64,000 nt of DNA from Alphaproteobacteria bacterium (GCA_024743215.1 JANSWZ010000006.1:223627-287626); one strand, 5' to 3'. Positions 19,201-29,553 are shown, counted from the stretch's first letter. Notes: generated from the sequence alone by a model not told the origin. Program-made: numbers and translations.

Positions 19201-20469
19201 TTATTGACCCAGGATTTCCTTGACCTGTTTCGCCGCATCACCCAGCGCCTCTTCAGGCGTTTTGCGCTGATGCAAAGCATTGGTGATTTCAAGCTGCATG
19301 ACTTCCGACACACGCGGATACAGATTACCGGTCTGCGCGGAAGGACGCACAACACCAACATCATAATTGGCACCAAGCTTGGCCAGAATACCGGCATTGG
19401 CCAGCTTTGCATCGGTATAGACATCAGATCGGCCAGGTGCACGGTTTGCATCAAGCGCCGCTGCCAATTGGCGATCATAAGCGGTGAATGTCTTGATCAG
19501 TTCAGCCGCTTTTTCCTTGTTCTCGGAATTGGCATTTACAGCCAGCAACCAGCCACCCATGGCAGTGGAGTGTCCATCTGCATGGCCTTCGAAATAAGGA
19601 TTACGCTTGAAGTCGAACTTGCCGGCAACCGGGCTATCGGCAGCACTCAGTGGAGCATGTACAAAATCCTGCACCATCAAAAATACGGCACGTCCCTGCT
19701 GGAACAAGGTGCGTGCATCATCAGGACGCATGTTCAGGATCGATTGTGGTGCGATTTCATGTGTATGCAGAATGTCGACCATGGCCTGTGTCGCTGCAAT
19801 GGCTTCCGGAGAATCCACGGCAACATTGCCATCGGCATCAAAGAAGCTGGCACCATTACCGCCTGTGAAGGACAGCCAGTTCATGAACAGGCCTTCAATT
19901 TTGGCCCACATGGAGACAAAACCGTAAAGCTGCGGATTGTCTTCGCCTTCCATAACAATTTTTGACGCTGCAATCAGCTCTTCCCAGGTCTGTGGCGGCG
20001 CAAGATTATACTTTTCGAGCAAATCAGTTCGATAGAACAAATGCGTTCCATCAACATAAAGCGGTGCGGCATAGACCGAGCCATCAACCGTGGCAGCAGA
20101 CAGGAAGGACTGATTGAAGGCACCCAACTCGTCAGCTGAAAAATGCTTGTTCAGCGGCTCCAGCCAGCCACGCTGAGCAAATTCGCCAGCCCAGATCACA
20201 TCAATGGCAAACACATCCGGCGTCGGACTTTTAGCCGTCAGGCCGGTGACATAAAGCTTGCGGGAATCGCCTGGAACATCGGAAACCTTGAGCCAATCAA
20301 CTGACATGCCCGGGTTGTTTGCCTTGAACGCCTCAATATTCGGCTCAACCATTTGACCGTAGCCACGTGACCCGATTGACAGAACGAGGTCCTCCGCACT
20401 TGCCATTTGAGGTGCAGCCATGAAGGCCGTCGCCACAATGGCGGCAGCATGAATAAGCGTCTTTTTCAT
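19201..20469 (-). CDS. Extracellular solute-binding protein (family 1, sugar/oligosaccharide)
   Basis: Signal peptide MKKTLIHAAAIVATAFMAAPQMASA. 422 aa. First gene of the ABC operon. Confidence 0.85.
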   Translation of the reverse strand: MKKTLIHAAAIVATAFMAAPQMASAEDLVLSIGSRGYGQMVEPNIEAFKANNPGMSVDWLKVSDVPGDSRKLYVTGLTAKSPTPDVFAIDVIWAGEFAQRGWLEPLNKHFSADELGAFNQSFLSAATVDGSVYAAPLYVDGTHLFYRTDLLEKYNLAPPQTWEELIAASKIVMEGEDNPQLYGFVSMWAKIEGLFMNWLSFTGGNGASFFDADGNVAVDSPEAIAATQAMVDILHTHEIAPQSILNMRPDDARTLFQQGRAVFLMVQDFVHAPLSAADSPVAGKFDFKRNPYFEGHADGHSTAMGGWLLAVNANSENKEKAAELIKTFTAYDRQLAAALDANRAPGRSDVYTDAKLANAGILAKLGANYDVGVVRPSAQTGNLYPRVSEVMQLEITNALHQRKTPEEALGDAAKQVKEILGQ

Positions 20470-20521
20470 AATATCCTCCCAGGATGATGTGCTACGGCCC
20501 GAACTCGTTTGAGCTCAAACC

Positions 20522-21310
20522 CTAGCCGGCGAACCGTTCGCCTTGTTCTGCATTTGCAGTATCGCGGCCAGTCTCAAGCGCGGTCTTTGCCGCGAAGAGA
20601 ACTGTCCGAATTTCCGTTAGATGTGCGTCCTCATTCGCAATCGGGGTCGCCGCTTCAGCAACCGTCAAAAGACACAGAAGATCGCCATTGGCGTCGTTGA
20701 TCGGCACGCAGAAACGGCGCACGCCTTTGGCATTCCCCTGCAGATCATATTGCAGCGTCTCATCACGTGCTCTGACCAGACGCTCGCGCGCCACTTGCCA
20801 GGAGACTTTCGCGCCAGCAACACCAACGTCAAAAAAACCTGCCAGATCCCATTGGGCTTCAATCTGCTCTATCGGCAGCGATGCCAAAGCCACGCGGGTG
20901 ATGGAATCCAGCTCATAGGTTGAGCGCAGAAAGCCCGGATGGGCACGCAACCGCAATGCCATTTGCGGATGCTCCTCACGCAAATGCCAACGCAAACTCT
21001 GATTGCGCAGCAAAATGATTTCAGCTGCAGAAAACAGCTTATTGGAGATGTCCTGACAGGCTTCACTCAGTCGCGCCGGAGAAATCGATCCAAAGGATAT
21101 GTGCCGTTCAAACGAGAAATTGGGGTGAATGCGCCGGTCAGCAGAGCGATAGACATGCCCCGACGCTTCAAGATCACTCAGCAACCGGTACAAGGTCGAG
21201 GGCGGCATATCCAGCCGCGCCACAAGCTCCGAGGTCAAAAACCCCTCGCTTGAAGTGTCCGACAGACACTCCAGCACACTGATGATTCGTTCGACGCTAT
21301 TCGACATCAT
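20522..21310 (-). CDS. IclR-family transcriptional regulator
   Basis: N-terminal wHTH (VERIISVLECLS...LTSELVARLDMPPSTLYRLLSDL) and a C-terminal effector domain. Confidence 0.8.
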   Translation of the reverse strand: MMSNSVERIISVLECLSDTSSEGFLTSELVARLDMPPSTLYRLLSDLEASGHVYRSADRRIHPNFSFERHISFGSISPARLSEACQDISNKLFSAAEIILLRNQSLRWHLREEHPQMALRLRAHPGFLRSTYELDSITRVALASLPIEQIEAQWDLAGFFDVGVAGAKVSWQVARERLVRARDETLQYDLQGNAKGVRRFCVPINDANGDLLCLLTVAEAATPIANEDAHLTEIRTVLFAAKTALETGRDTANAEQGERFAG

Positions 21311-21469
21311 AAATTCCCAATATTTAGAATTTAATTATCAAATATGAGAATTGAGTCAAGCGAAATCGGGAAAATATGACGAGCGGAGACAATGATTGGC
21401 TGAAAACAGCCATTCAAAACGATCTCAATTATGGGAAAGCAATACAGATGTCAGCGGTGTGAAGAGGCC

Positions 21470-21619
21470 TCAAAGAGGGTCATCATCATCCTGCAAAATA
21501 CGTTCTGCAGCCCCTTCCGGGTCATCATACTGACCGGTCCGCAGGCTCCACAAAAAAGCAACCAGACCCAGCAGGCCAAGGCCAAGCGCTACTGGAATGA
21601 GGAATATCAGAAGATTCAT
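21470..21619 (-). CDS. ccoS: cbb3 oxidase maturation protein CcoS/FixS (49 aa; not in the ORF track)
   Basis: Hand translation: MNLLIFLIPVALGLGLLGLVAFLWSLRTGQYDDPEGAAERILQDDDDPL. It has the family signature W-x-x-R/K-x-GQ-Y/F-DD. ATGA overlap with the ccoI stop. Confidence 0.8.
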   Translation of the reverse strand: MNLLIFLIPVALGLGLLGLVAFLWSLRTGQYDDPEGAAERILQDDDDPL

Positions 21620-23925
21620 GCAGATGCCTCAAGCGCCTTTGTGGACCGCATCCATCGAGGCCTGTTGCTGATAAGAGCACCGGCTTGTGCGCGCAGACCT
21701 TTGTCCCCCAACAATCTGAGACTGTTGGCCACCACAACGATTGAAGAAGCCGACATGGCAATAGCGGCCACCAAAGGTGTCACATACCCTGCCATGGCAA
21801 GCGGTACGGCAATGCAATTATACATAATTGCCAACGCAAAATTACCCCGAACCAGACGCCCGGCACGCCGCGCAATGCCAATGGCAAAGGGAACCGCTTG
21901 AAGACTGTCGCGGGTAAATACAAAATCAGCAGCCTGACGGCCAATATCCGATGCGCTGGCAGGCGCCATGGAGGCATGTCCGGCTGCAAGGCTGGGGGCG
22001 TCATTTATGCCATCGCCAACCATCAGAACCTTGCGTCCCGTCGCCTGTAATTCATTGATCCGGGCAAATTTGGAAGCCGGTGTCTCACCAACGCCAAACT
22101 GGTCAACGCCAAGCTGTTCAGCAATCCGCTGAACAGGCACCACGGCGTCACCAGACAAAATCTCACTGGAAATATTCTGCTGTTGCAAAGCGCCCAGCGC
22201 TTCCTGTGCTCCGGTACGCATGGTTTCCTCCAGTGCAAACCAGACGGGTTCAGCCTGTGCACATGCAAAGCTGAGGGGGTATCCCTGTAGCACTTCATCC
22301 CTGGGCATTGCAATCTCCGCCACCCATTCTGAACGGCCAAGACGCATGAGTGTGCCGTCAATACTGGCTTCCACACCAAAGCCGGGTCTTTCCACCACGG
22401 TCTCGGTGCCAAGATCCGGCGCATCGCGCAGCATTTGGGCAATCGCCTTTGAAGCCGGATGGGAGGAATTGCTGGCCAGCGTTTTAATACGGGCACGGTC
22501 CTGCGCGCCCATCTTTGCAAAAGGCGTCACACTGGCATCTCCCATGGTCAGAGTGCCGGTCTTGTCGAACACGACATGATCAATATCGGCAAGTCGCTCC
22601 AGCGCCGATCCATCCCGCATCAAAATACCATTTTGGAAGAGCCGCGTTGCGCCCACCACATGCACCACCGGCACAGCCAGACCCAAAGCACAGGGACAGG
22701 TCACAATGAGAACCGCAATGGCAATTGTCAGCGCCCGGTGCCAGTCGCCACCAGAAATGATCAGCCAGCCTATGAAGGCAGCAAGCGCCAGCAAATGCAC
22801 GGCCGGTGCATAAATACGTGCCATTCTGTCTGCAATGCGCACAAAGCCGCCGCGTCCATGTTCGGCCGCTTCCAGCATTTTCATGACTTCAGACAGGAAG
22901 GACTGATCTGCCGTTTTCGTTACCCGCAGATCCAGTGATCCGGTGACATTCAGCGTACCGGCCTCAACGTCATCCCCGGCACTGGCAGGCACCAGGGCGC
23001 TCTCGCCCGTGACAAGAGATCGATCCAGATCGCTGCCGCCCCGCAAAATAGTCCCGTCCACCGGAATGCGATCCCCTGGGAAAACCCGCAGATTCATATC
23101 GGTCACAATGGCGTCAAGCGGCACATAGGCCAGCTTGCCATCCTCTTGAATACGGGTGGCCCCCTTGGCCGACAGTCGACTGAGACTGACAACGGATTTG
23201 CGCGCCCGCTCCCGCATGTTCTGGTCCAGATAACGCCCGATCAACAGGAAGAACAACAAGGTGACCGCCGCGTCGAAATAAGCATCCGCACCACCGGTTA
23301 GTGTCTCAAACAGGCTCATGCCAAGCGCCAGCAGAACGGCCAGCGAAATCGGCACATCCATATTCAACCGCCCACCGCGCAAAGCGCCAAGGGCCGAACG
23401 AAAGAACACCTGCCCGGAATAAATCACCACTGGAATGGCAATCAACGCGGAAATCAGATGGAACAGATCACGGGTCGGACCATCTGCACCTGACCAGACC
23501 GAAACCGAAAGCAACATGATATTGCTGGCAGCAAAGCCGGCAACGGCCATGGCCTTCAGCAAAGAGGAGGCTTTTTTATCGCCTTCCGCTTCGCTCACAT
23601 CACCAAGCTCGATGGGGACAGCCGGAAAACCAAGACGCGTCAGTGTGTCTTCAACTGCAATGACATCGCGTTGCGCACCCACCACCACAGTAAGCCGTTT
23701 CAAGGTCAAATTCACCCGCGCAGTGTCCACACCCGGCAAAGGCGACACGGCCCGCTCTATTTTGGAAATGCAACCGCCGCAATGGATGGATGGCACGGAG
23801 AATGTGAACTTGAAACCGCCATTGGGCAAAGCCTCCCCGGCGTGAAGCAACGCATCATGCCGGGCAAATTCTGTGCCCGCCTCTTCGGCGACATCAAGCT
23901 TTTCCTGCCCGCCACAACATCCCAT
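21616..23925 (-). CDS. ccoI: Copper-translocating P1B-type ATPase CcoI/FixI
   Basis: N-terminal HCGGC metal-binding domain, TM CPC motif (TCPCALGLA), DKTGTLT, and GDGINDAP. Confidence 0.9.
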   Translation of the reverse strand: MGCCGGQEKLDVAEEAGTEFARHDALLHAGEALPNGGFKFTFSVPSIHCGGCISKIERAVSPLPGVDTARVNLTLKRLTVVVGAQRDVIAVEDTLTRLGFPAVPIELGDVSEAEGDKKASSLLKAMAVAGFAASNIMLLSVSVWSGADGPTRDLFHLISALIAIPVVIYSGQVFFRSALGALRGGRLNMDVPISLAVLLALGMSLFETLTGGADAYFDAAVTLLFFLLIGRYLDQNMRERARKSVVSLSRLSAKGATRIQEDGKLAYVPLDAIVTDMNLRVFPGDRIPVDGTILRGGSDLDRSLVTGESALVPASAGDDVEAGTLNVTGSLDLRVTKTADQSFLSEVMKMLEAAEHGRGGFVRIADRMARIYAPAVHLLALAAFIGWLIISGGDWHRALTIAIAVLIVTCPCALGLAVPVVHVVGATRLFQNGILMRDGSALERLADIDHVVFDKTGTLTMGDASVTPFAKMGAQDRARIKTLASNSSHPASKAIAQMLRDAPDLGTETVVERPGFGVEASIDGTLMRLGRSEWVAEIAMPRDEVLQGYPLSFACAQAEPVWFALEETMRTGAQEALGALQQQNISSEILSGDAVVPVQRIAEQLGVDQFGVGETPASKFARINELQATGRKVLMVGDGINDAPSLAAGHASMAPASASDIGRQAADFVFTRDSLQAVPFAIGIARRAGRLVRGNFALAIMYNCIAVPLAMAGYVTPLVAAIAMSASSIVVVANSLRLLGDKGLRAQAGALISNRPRWMRSTKALEASA

Positions 23926-23929
23926 CCGG

Positions 23930-24424
23930 TCAGCTCTCTACTTCAAAACGAATGATCCGGCTCCAGGCCACGATACCATATTGTGAAACGATCAATTCAG
24001 CCTCCCAGACACCGGGACCCAGATCTGTTTCAACCGTGTATCCACCTGCATCTGACGGCTGCATCTGCAGACTGCGATCATCGCCTTCATGCACTGGCCG
24101 ACCAAGACCCACAGTCACTTCGCTTTGCTGAACGGGGTCACCGGCCACATCTGTCAGCGCAAGAGAAAAAACACCGTCGGAATAACCGGTCTCCGCATGC
24201 CAGCCCAACTCTGCCTGACGCTGATATTCAGCCGATTTGGCATTGAAGTGCTGACTTTCCACATAAGTATTCTGTACCACCAGCCCGGTCCATGTAGACC
24301 CGGCGGAAAATGCCAAGAACATGTTGACGGAAATGATGGTTCCAAAAAACAGGCACATCACACCGAACATATGCCAGCCGGTAAATTCCTCTGGATTAAA
24401 AACGCGTTTCAGGGACAGCATCAC
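23930..24424 (-). CDS. ccoH: CcoH/FixH assembly protein
   Basis: 164 aa with a single N-terminal TM helix. Position between ccoG and ccoI. Its start overlaps the ccoG stop. Confidence 0.8.
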   Translation of the reverse strand: MMLSLKRVFNPEEFTGWHMFGVMCLFFGTIISVNMFLAFSAGSTWTGLVVQNTYVESQHFNAKSAEYQRQAELGWHAETGYSDGVFSLALTDVAGDPVQQSEVTVGLGRPVHEGDDRSLQMQPSDAGGYTVETDLGPGVWEAELIVSQYGIVAWSRIIRFEVES

Positions 24425-25950
24425 TTGACCTCCGGTGCTTCAAAGACTGCTTCATAAATATCCATCTCATTTGACTGCTTGTCCTCTGCAATCAGATGAA
24501 ACTGAGTAGACCCGCCTTCGATATAGGCTGCCGGCTGGCGAACAAAAACGCGCAAGGCACGCAGCTGGTCCGGTTCGACCGGCACAGCAAAGGAAACACC
24601 ATCCGGCTGGTCCAGACCATTGATGGACATGGTGGCGCCAGGCAGCCCCTCAAGGGACAGAAAGATGACCCGCGGTTCCTGCACCATATTCAAAATCTTG
24701 ACCGTATAACCATTGCGAATGCCACCATCGCTCATCTGGACAAAAATCGGATTGCGGTCGTGCTGTACGTTCACGCCCAGCCGGTCACGCATGACAAGCG
24801 CTGTCAACAGGCCAATGCCGATCATCGCCCAGACTGAGAAATACAAAAGCGTGCGGGGTCGCAGGAAGATGCGCCAGTCAAAATGACGAATGCCTTCAAT
24901 GAAACCGTTTTCATCACGTATCCGATCCGGATTGATCGTAGATGTTTCCGGGTCCGTGGCCAACGCCATATTGGTGTTGTAGTCGCTCAGGGTTGAATAG
25001 GAGATCAGACCCTTTTCACGGCCAAGCTTGCCCATGATATCGTCGCACGCGTCGATGCAGAGTGCACAGGTAATGCACTCCATCTGCTGACCTTCACGTA
25101 TATCAATACCGGCAGGGCACACCACAACACAGGCATTGCAATCAACACAATCGCCCATCGGATCGCCCGCCGCTGCCGCCTTTTTTCGCCCATGAGTGCG
25201 TGGCTCGCCGCGCCAGTCATTATAGGTGACCACAAGCGAATCTTCATCCAGCATCGCCGCCTGAATCCGTGGCCAGGGACACATGTAGTTGCAGACCTGC
25301 TCACGCATATGGCCGCCAAATGTGTAGGTCGTGGCCGTTAGCACAGCCACCGTTGCATAGGCCACGAACGCGGCCTCACCGGTAAACAGCTCCACCAGTA
25401 AAGTCGGTGCATCGGCAAAATAGAAAATCCACGCACCGCCCGTTGCAACGGCAATCAACAGCCAGATGACATGTTTGATCACTCGCTTGCGAAGCTTGTC
25501 AAAAGTATAGGGTGCCGCATCCAGTTTCATGCGGGCATTGCGGTCCCCTTCCATGAAACGCTCAACCACAAGAAACAGATCGGTCCAGACTGTTTGCGGA
25601 CAGGTATAGCCGCACCAGGCGCGGCCAACGACAGACGTGACCAGAAACAGTCCAATGCCGGCCATCACCAGCATGCCGGCGACAAAATAAAACTCCTGAG
25701 GCCAGATCTCGATAAAGAAAAAGTAAAACCGCCGATTGGCGACATCAACCAGAACTGCCTGATCCGGCGCGTAGGGCCCGCGGTCCCAGCGCAGCCACGG
25801 CGTCACGTAATAGATCGCCAAAGTAACGATCATGATGATCCATTTCAGCCGCCGAAAATCACCTGTGGCGCGCTTGGGAAAAATTTTCTTGCGCGCCGCA
25901 TAGAGTTCCTGAGGTTCTGAGGGGTCGTCTAGTGTTCCAATATTGCTCAT
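24421..25950 (-). CDS. ccoG: CcoG/FixG polyferredoxin-type assembly protein
   Basis: Two 4Fe-4S motifs (CVDCNACVVVCP, CITCALCIDACD), N-terminal TM helices, and CGYTCPQ. Confidence 0.9.
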   Translation of the reverse strand: MSNIGTLDDPSEPQELYAARKKIFPKRATGDFRRLKWIIMIVTLAIYYVTPWLRWDRGPYAPDQAVLVDVANRRFYFFFIEIWPQEFYFVAGMLVMAGIGLFLVTSVVGRAWCGYTCPQTVWTDLFLVVERFMEGDRNARMKLDAAPYTFDKLRKRVIKHVIWLLIAVATGGAWIFYFADAPTLLVELFTGEAAFVAYATVAVLTATTYTFGGHMREQVCNYMCPWPRIQAAMLDEDSLVVTYNDWRGEPRTHGRKKAAAAGDPMGDCVDCNACVVVCPAGIDIREGQQMECITCALCIDACDDIMGKLGREKGLISYSTLSDYNTNMALATDPETSTINPDRIRDENGFIEGIRHFDWRIFLRPRTLLYFSVWAMIGIGLLTALVMRDRLGVNVQHDRNPIFVQMSDGGIRNGYTVKILNMVQEPRVIFLSLEGLPGATMSINGLDQPDGVSFAVPVEPDQLRALRVFVRQPAAYIEGGSTQFHLIAEDKQSNEMDIYEAVFEAPEVK

Positions 25951-26007
25951 GTGATCTCTGACCAGCTGGGTATTTGAAACATATGCGCCTTTGCGCTGAA
26001 TTCAGCC

Positions 26008-26021
26008 TTGATCCACATCAA
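26008..26021. promoter_or_regulatory. FNR/FixK box TTGAT-CCAC-ATCAA upstream of ccoG
   Basis: Perfect match to TTGAT-N4-ATCAA. Its centre is 64 nt upstream of the ccoG ATG, in the 171-nt ccoP-ccoG spacer. Confidence 0.75.
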
Positions 26022-26121
26022 GCTGAGTTCCGAAAACCCGTTCAAAAACAAACCTCAAACGCATCATGCATCCCGAAGCATTGCCCCGGGATGCATGATA
26101 GCAGATTTTGATATTTCGAGC

Positions 26122-26994
26122 CTATTCACCACCACCAAGACTGTGGACATAAATGGCCAGCTGCTTGGTTGTCGCTTCGCTCAAACGGCCCGCCCAACCC
26201 GGCATCACGCCTTGCTGTGGTCTGGATATCTGGGCAACGATTTCCGCATGGGACCCGCCATAAAGCCAGATGGCATCATTGAGGTTGGGCGCACCAAGGT
26301 CATGGTCGCCTTCACCATTGTCCCCATGACAGGCAGCACAATTGTCTTCATATACTGTCTGACCCCTAAGGGCGGCTTCCGCATCGCTTTCCTGTCCGGA
26401 GATTTGGCGCACATACCAGGCCGCATCCACAATATCGCTGCGCTCCAGAATTTCGTCTGCCCCAAAGGCCGGCATGTCGGAAAACCGTGTATCTTCATCT
26501 GCATCGTAGCGAATACCGTGCTGCAGCGTCAGATAAATCTGCTCCACATCACCGCCCCAGATCCAGTCATCATCCAGAAGGTTTGGATACCCGCCGCCAC
26601 CGGCGGCTCCCGCACCGTGACATTGCGAGCAATTGACCTTGAAAGCCGAACTACCACCGGCAATGGCAAATTGCAGCAGATCCGTATCTGCCTCAATCTC
26701 CGCCAGTTCCATGTTGAGAATTTTCTCTGCAAAGACAGAGCGTGACGCCTCAACTGCGGCAATATCTGCACTGACATTGGCCCGGCTGGACCATCCTAAC
26801 AGACCCTTTGAGGCCCCACTAATACCGGGCCAGGCCGGATAGGCAATCGTATAGCCGATAGCAAACACGATCGTGGCATAGAAGGTCCACAGCCACCAGC
26901 GCGGCAATGGGTTGTTCAATTCCTTGATACCGTCCCAGTCATGGCCCGTTGTCTCAACGCCAGAGAACTCGTCAATTTCATTTTTTTCGGCCAT
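26122..26994 (-). CDS. ccoP: cbb3 oxidase subunit III, dihaem cytochrome c (CcoP/FixP)
   Basis: Two CxxCH motifs (CSQCHG, CAACHG). N-terminal TM with WDGIKELNNPLPRWW. Start set at MAEKNEIDEF. Confidence 0.9.
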   Translation of the reverse strand: MAEKNEIDEFSGVETTGHDWDGIKELNNPLPRWWLWTFYATIVFAIGYTIAYPAWPGISGASKGLLGWSSRANVSADIAAVEASRSVFAEKILNMELAEIEADTDLLQFAIAGGSSAFKVNCSQCHGAGAAGGGGYPNLLDDDWIWGGDVEQIYLTLQHGIRYDADEDTRFSDMPAFGADEILERSDIVDAAWYVRQISGQESDAEAALRGQTVYEDNCAACHGDNGEGDHDLGAPNLNDAIWLYGGSHAEIVAQISRPQQGVMPGWAGRLSEATTKQLAIYVHSLGGGE

Positions 26995-26998
26995 GATT

Positions 26999-27154
26999 CT
27001 AGTCCTCTTTGAAAGGGATGCGGGCCGCATCTTCGCTGTGTTTCTTTGAGCCGGGCCTGAAGGTCCACAGCACTGCGATTACAAAAATCACAAACATGTA
27101 GAGCAGTCCCCAACTGTCTGCGAATGTCCGCATGGACTGATATGTGGATTCCAT
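26999..27154 (-). CDS. ccoQ: cbb3 oxidase small subunit CcoQ/FixQ (51 aa; not in the ORF track)
   Basis: Hand translation: MESTYQSMRTFADSWGLLYMFVIFVIAVLWTFRPGSKKHSEDAARIPFKED. Single TM helix. It fills the ccoO-ccoP gap exactly. Confidence 0.75.
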   Translation of the reverse strand: MESTYQSMRTFADSWGLLYMFVIFVIAVLWTFRPGSKKHSEDAARIPFKED

Positions 27155-27163
27155 GGTCGCCTC

Positions 27164-27895
27164 CTATCGCTCGTTCTCTTCCGGCTCATAGGCCGAAAAA
27201 TCCACCAGCGTACCAAGCATCTGCAGATAGGATACAAGGGCATCCATCTCGCTCAGTCGCGCCGGGTTTCCGTCAAAGTCACCCAGAACCGCTTTTGGAT
27301 AACGTTCAATAAGGCCATCAGTATCCGCATCAGGATCAGCCTGATCGGCCAGGTCCCTGGCCGCATTTTCGATCATCTCATCGCTATAGGGCACGCCCAC
27401 CCGGCGGTTGGCGACAAGATGCGCGGAAGGATTCTCGAAGTTCAGCCGGGTTTCTTCCAGGAAGGCGTAGGATGGCATGATGGATTCTGGAACAACCGAT
27501 TGCGGGTTCACCAGATGTTGTACATGCCACTCATTGGAATAGCGGCCACCGACACGGGCCAGATCCGGCCCGGTCCGTTTGGAGCCCCACTGGAACGGAT
27601 GATCATACATCGATTCAGCCGCCAGAGAGAAATGCCCGTAGCGCTCCACTTCGTCACGGAATGGCCGGATCATCTGACTGTGGCAAGTATAGCAGCCTTC
27701 CCGCAGATAGATGTTACGTCCGGCCAGTTCCAGGGGAGTGTAGGGCCGCATGCCCTCCACCTTTTCAATGGTGTTTTCCAGATAGAACAAAGGTGCAATC
27801 TCGACAATACCGCCAATGGTGACCACCAGAAGTGACCCGGCCAACAGCAGAGACGCATTTCTCTCAAGAGCTTTATGTTTGCTTAAAAATGACAT
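27164..27895 (-). CDS. ccoO: cbb3 oxidase subunit II, monohaem cytochrome c (CcoO/FixO)
   Basis: [11 protein letters not shown] haem motif. Highly conserved FixO sequence. Confidence 0.95.
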   Translation of the reverse strand: MSFLSKHKALERNASLLLAGSLLVVTIGGIVEIAPLFYLENTIEKVEGMRPYTPLELAGRNIYLREGCYTCHSQMIRPFRDEVERYGHFSLAAESMYDHPFQWGSKRTGPDLARVGGRYSNEWHVQHLVNPQSVVPESIMPSYAFLEETRLNFENPSAHLVANRRVGVPYSDEMIENAARDLADQADPDADTDGLIERYPKAVLGDFDGNPARLSEMDALVSYLQMLGTLVDFSAYEPEENER

Positions 27896-27906
27896 TGTTC
27901 TATCTC

Positions 27907-29553
27907 CTATTCGGCCGGGCCGGCGGCTTTGAGTTCACCAGACATGGGAGCGCTATCGCCCAAAGGCACCTCGTCCCGCAGCTTGCCGTTAATCGTCATG
28001 AAGATATTGAAGGCCATGATCAGACCGCCAGCGAGATACAGAACCCCGCCGAATACGCGCATCACATAATAGGGGTGCATGGCGGCAATACTCTCCGCGA
28101 AGGAGTAGACCAGGTAACCCTGTGGATCATATTCGCGCCACATCAAGCCCTGCGTAATCCCGGAGACCCACATCACGGCTGCATAGACAACAATGCCAAG
28201 AGTCGCGAGCCAGAAGTGCCAGTTGACCATGCGCATGGAGTAAAGCCGTGTGCGACCCCACAATTTTGGAACCAGATAATACAGCGCACCAAATGTGATC
28301 ATGCCGTTCCAGCCCAGCGCACCGGAATGCACGTGACCAATGGTCCAGTCGGTATAGTGAGACAGGGAGTTGACCGTTTTGATCGACATCATCGGACCCT
28401 CAAAGGTCGACATGCCGTAAAACGCCAGCGAAATCACCATCATCCTCAAAATCGGATCAGTCCGCACCTTGTCCCAGGCACCGGAAAGGGTCATCAGGCC
28501 GTTGATCATACCACCCCATGACGGCATCCACAGCATGATGGAGAACACCATACCCAGTGTTTGCGCCCAGTCCGGCAATGCGGTGTAGTGCAAATGGTGA
28601 GGTCCGGCCCAGATGTAGAGAAAGATCAGACCCCAGAAATGGATGATCGACAGCCGATAGGAATAGACCGGCCGATTGGCCTGTTTGGGCACGAAGTAAT
28701 ACATCATCCCCAAAAAGCCGGCGGTCAGGAAAAAGCCCACGGCATTATGACCATACCACCACTGGGTCAGCGCATCCTGAACACCTGAAAAGGCAGAATA
28801 GCTTTTGGACCCCAGCAAAGACACCGGCATGGACAACCCATTGACCAGATGCAGCATGGCGACCGTGACAATGAAGGACAGGAAGAACCAGTTGGCCACA
28901 TAAATATGCGGCTCCTTGCGCTTCACAAGAGTGCCGAGAAACACCAGCAAGAACGCGACCCAGACCACCGTCAGCCACAAATCCACATACCACTCCGGCT
29001 CGGCATATTCTTTTGACTGGGTGATGCCCAGCAAATAGCCGGTTGCTGCCATGACGATGAACAGCTGATAGCCCCAGAATACGAACCATGCGAGATTTCC
29101 GCCCCACAAGCGTGCGCGGCATGTGCGCTGCACCACATAAAACGCAGTACAGATCAGCGCATTGCCTCCAAAGGCAAAAATCACCGCAGATGTGTGCACT
29201 GGCCGCAACCGGCCAAAATTCAGCCATGGCTCGATATTCAGAACCGGCCAGGCCAATTGCGATGCTGCAACCACGCCAACCAGAAAGCCGACAACGCCCC
29301 AGAACGTCGTCGCGATCACACCATAGCGGATGACGTCATCCATATAGGCACTCTGATCAATTTCGATTTTGGCAAATACTTTGCCCGCTGGTGCAAATTG
29401 CACCCGGCGCATAAGCACAATTGTGGCCAGACCCATGACCAGAACCAGAACCCACATATGGGCCCGAAACAGATCATCCTGGCCAAACCCGACGGCCATG
29501 AAAGCTATAAGCGTGGCCAATCCGCACACAATGGCGGGTGTTGCATATCGCAT
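27907..29553 (-). CDS. ccoN: cbb3 oxidase catalytic subunit I (CcoN/FixN)
   Basis: Conserved His ligands ([23 protein letters not shown]). Start set at the ATG (MRYATP) preceded by AGAGG; the track ORF starts at an upstream TTG (29577). Confidence 0.95.
   Translation of the reverse strand: MRYATPAIVCGLATLIAFMAVGFGQDDLFRAHMWVLVLVMGLATIVLMRRVQFAPAGKVFAKIEIDQSAYMDDVIRYGVIATTFWGVVGFLVGVVAASQLAWPVLNIEPWLNFGRLRPVHTSAVIFAFGGNALICTAFYVVQRTCRARLWGGNLAWFVFWGYQLFIVMAATGYLLGITQSKEYAEPEWYVDLWLTVVWVAFLLVFLGTLVKRKEPHIYVANWFFLSFIVTVAMLHLVNGLSMPVSLLGSKSYSAFSGVQDALTQWWYGHNAVGFFLTAGFLGMMYYFVPKQANRPVYSYRLSIIHFWGLIFLYIWAGPHHLHYTALPDWAQTLGMVFSIMLWMPSWGGMINGLMTLSGAWDKVRTDPILRMMVISLAFYGMSTFEGPMMSIKTVNSLSHYTDWTIGHVHSGALGWNGMITFGALYYLVPKLWGRTRLYSMRMVNWHFWLATLGIVVYAAVMWVSGITQGLMWREYDPQGYLVYSFAESIAAMHPYYVMRVFGGVLYLAGGLIMAFNIFMTINGKLRDEVPLGDSAPMSGELKAAGPAE

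Noticed and set aside
21431-21901. A 156-aa plus-strand ORF across the ccoS/ccoI junction.
   Set aside because: It overlaps two well-supported minus-strand genes (ccoS translated by hand, and ccoI), and its sequence is not protein-like.
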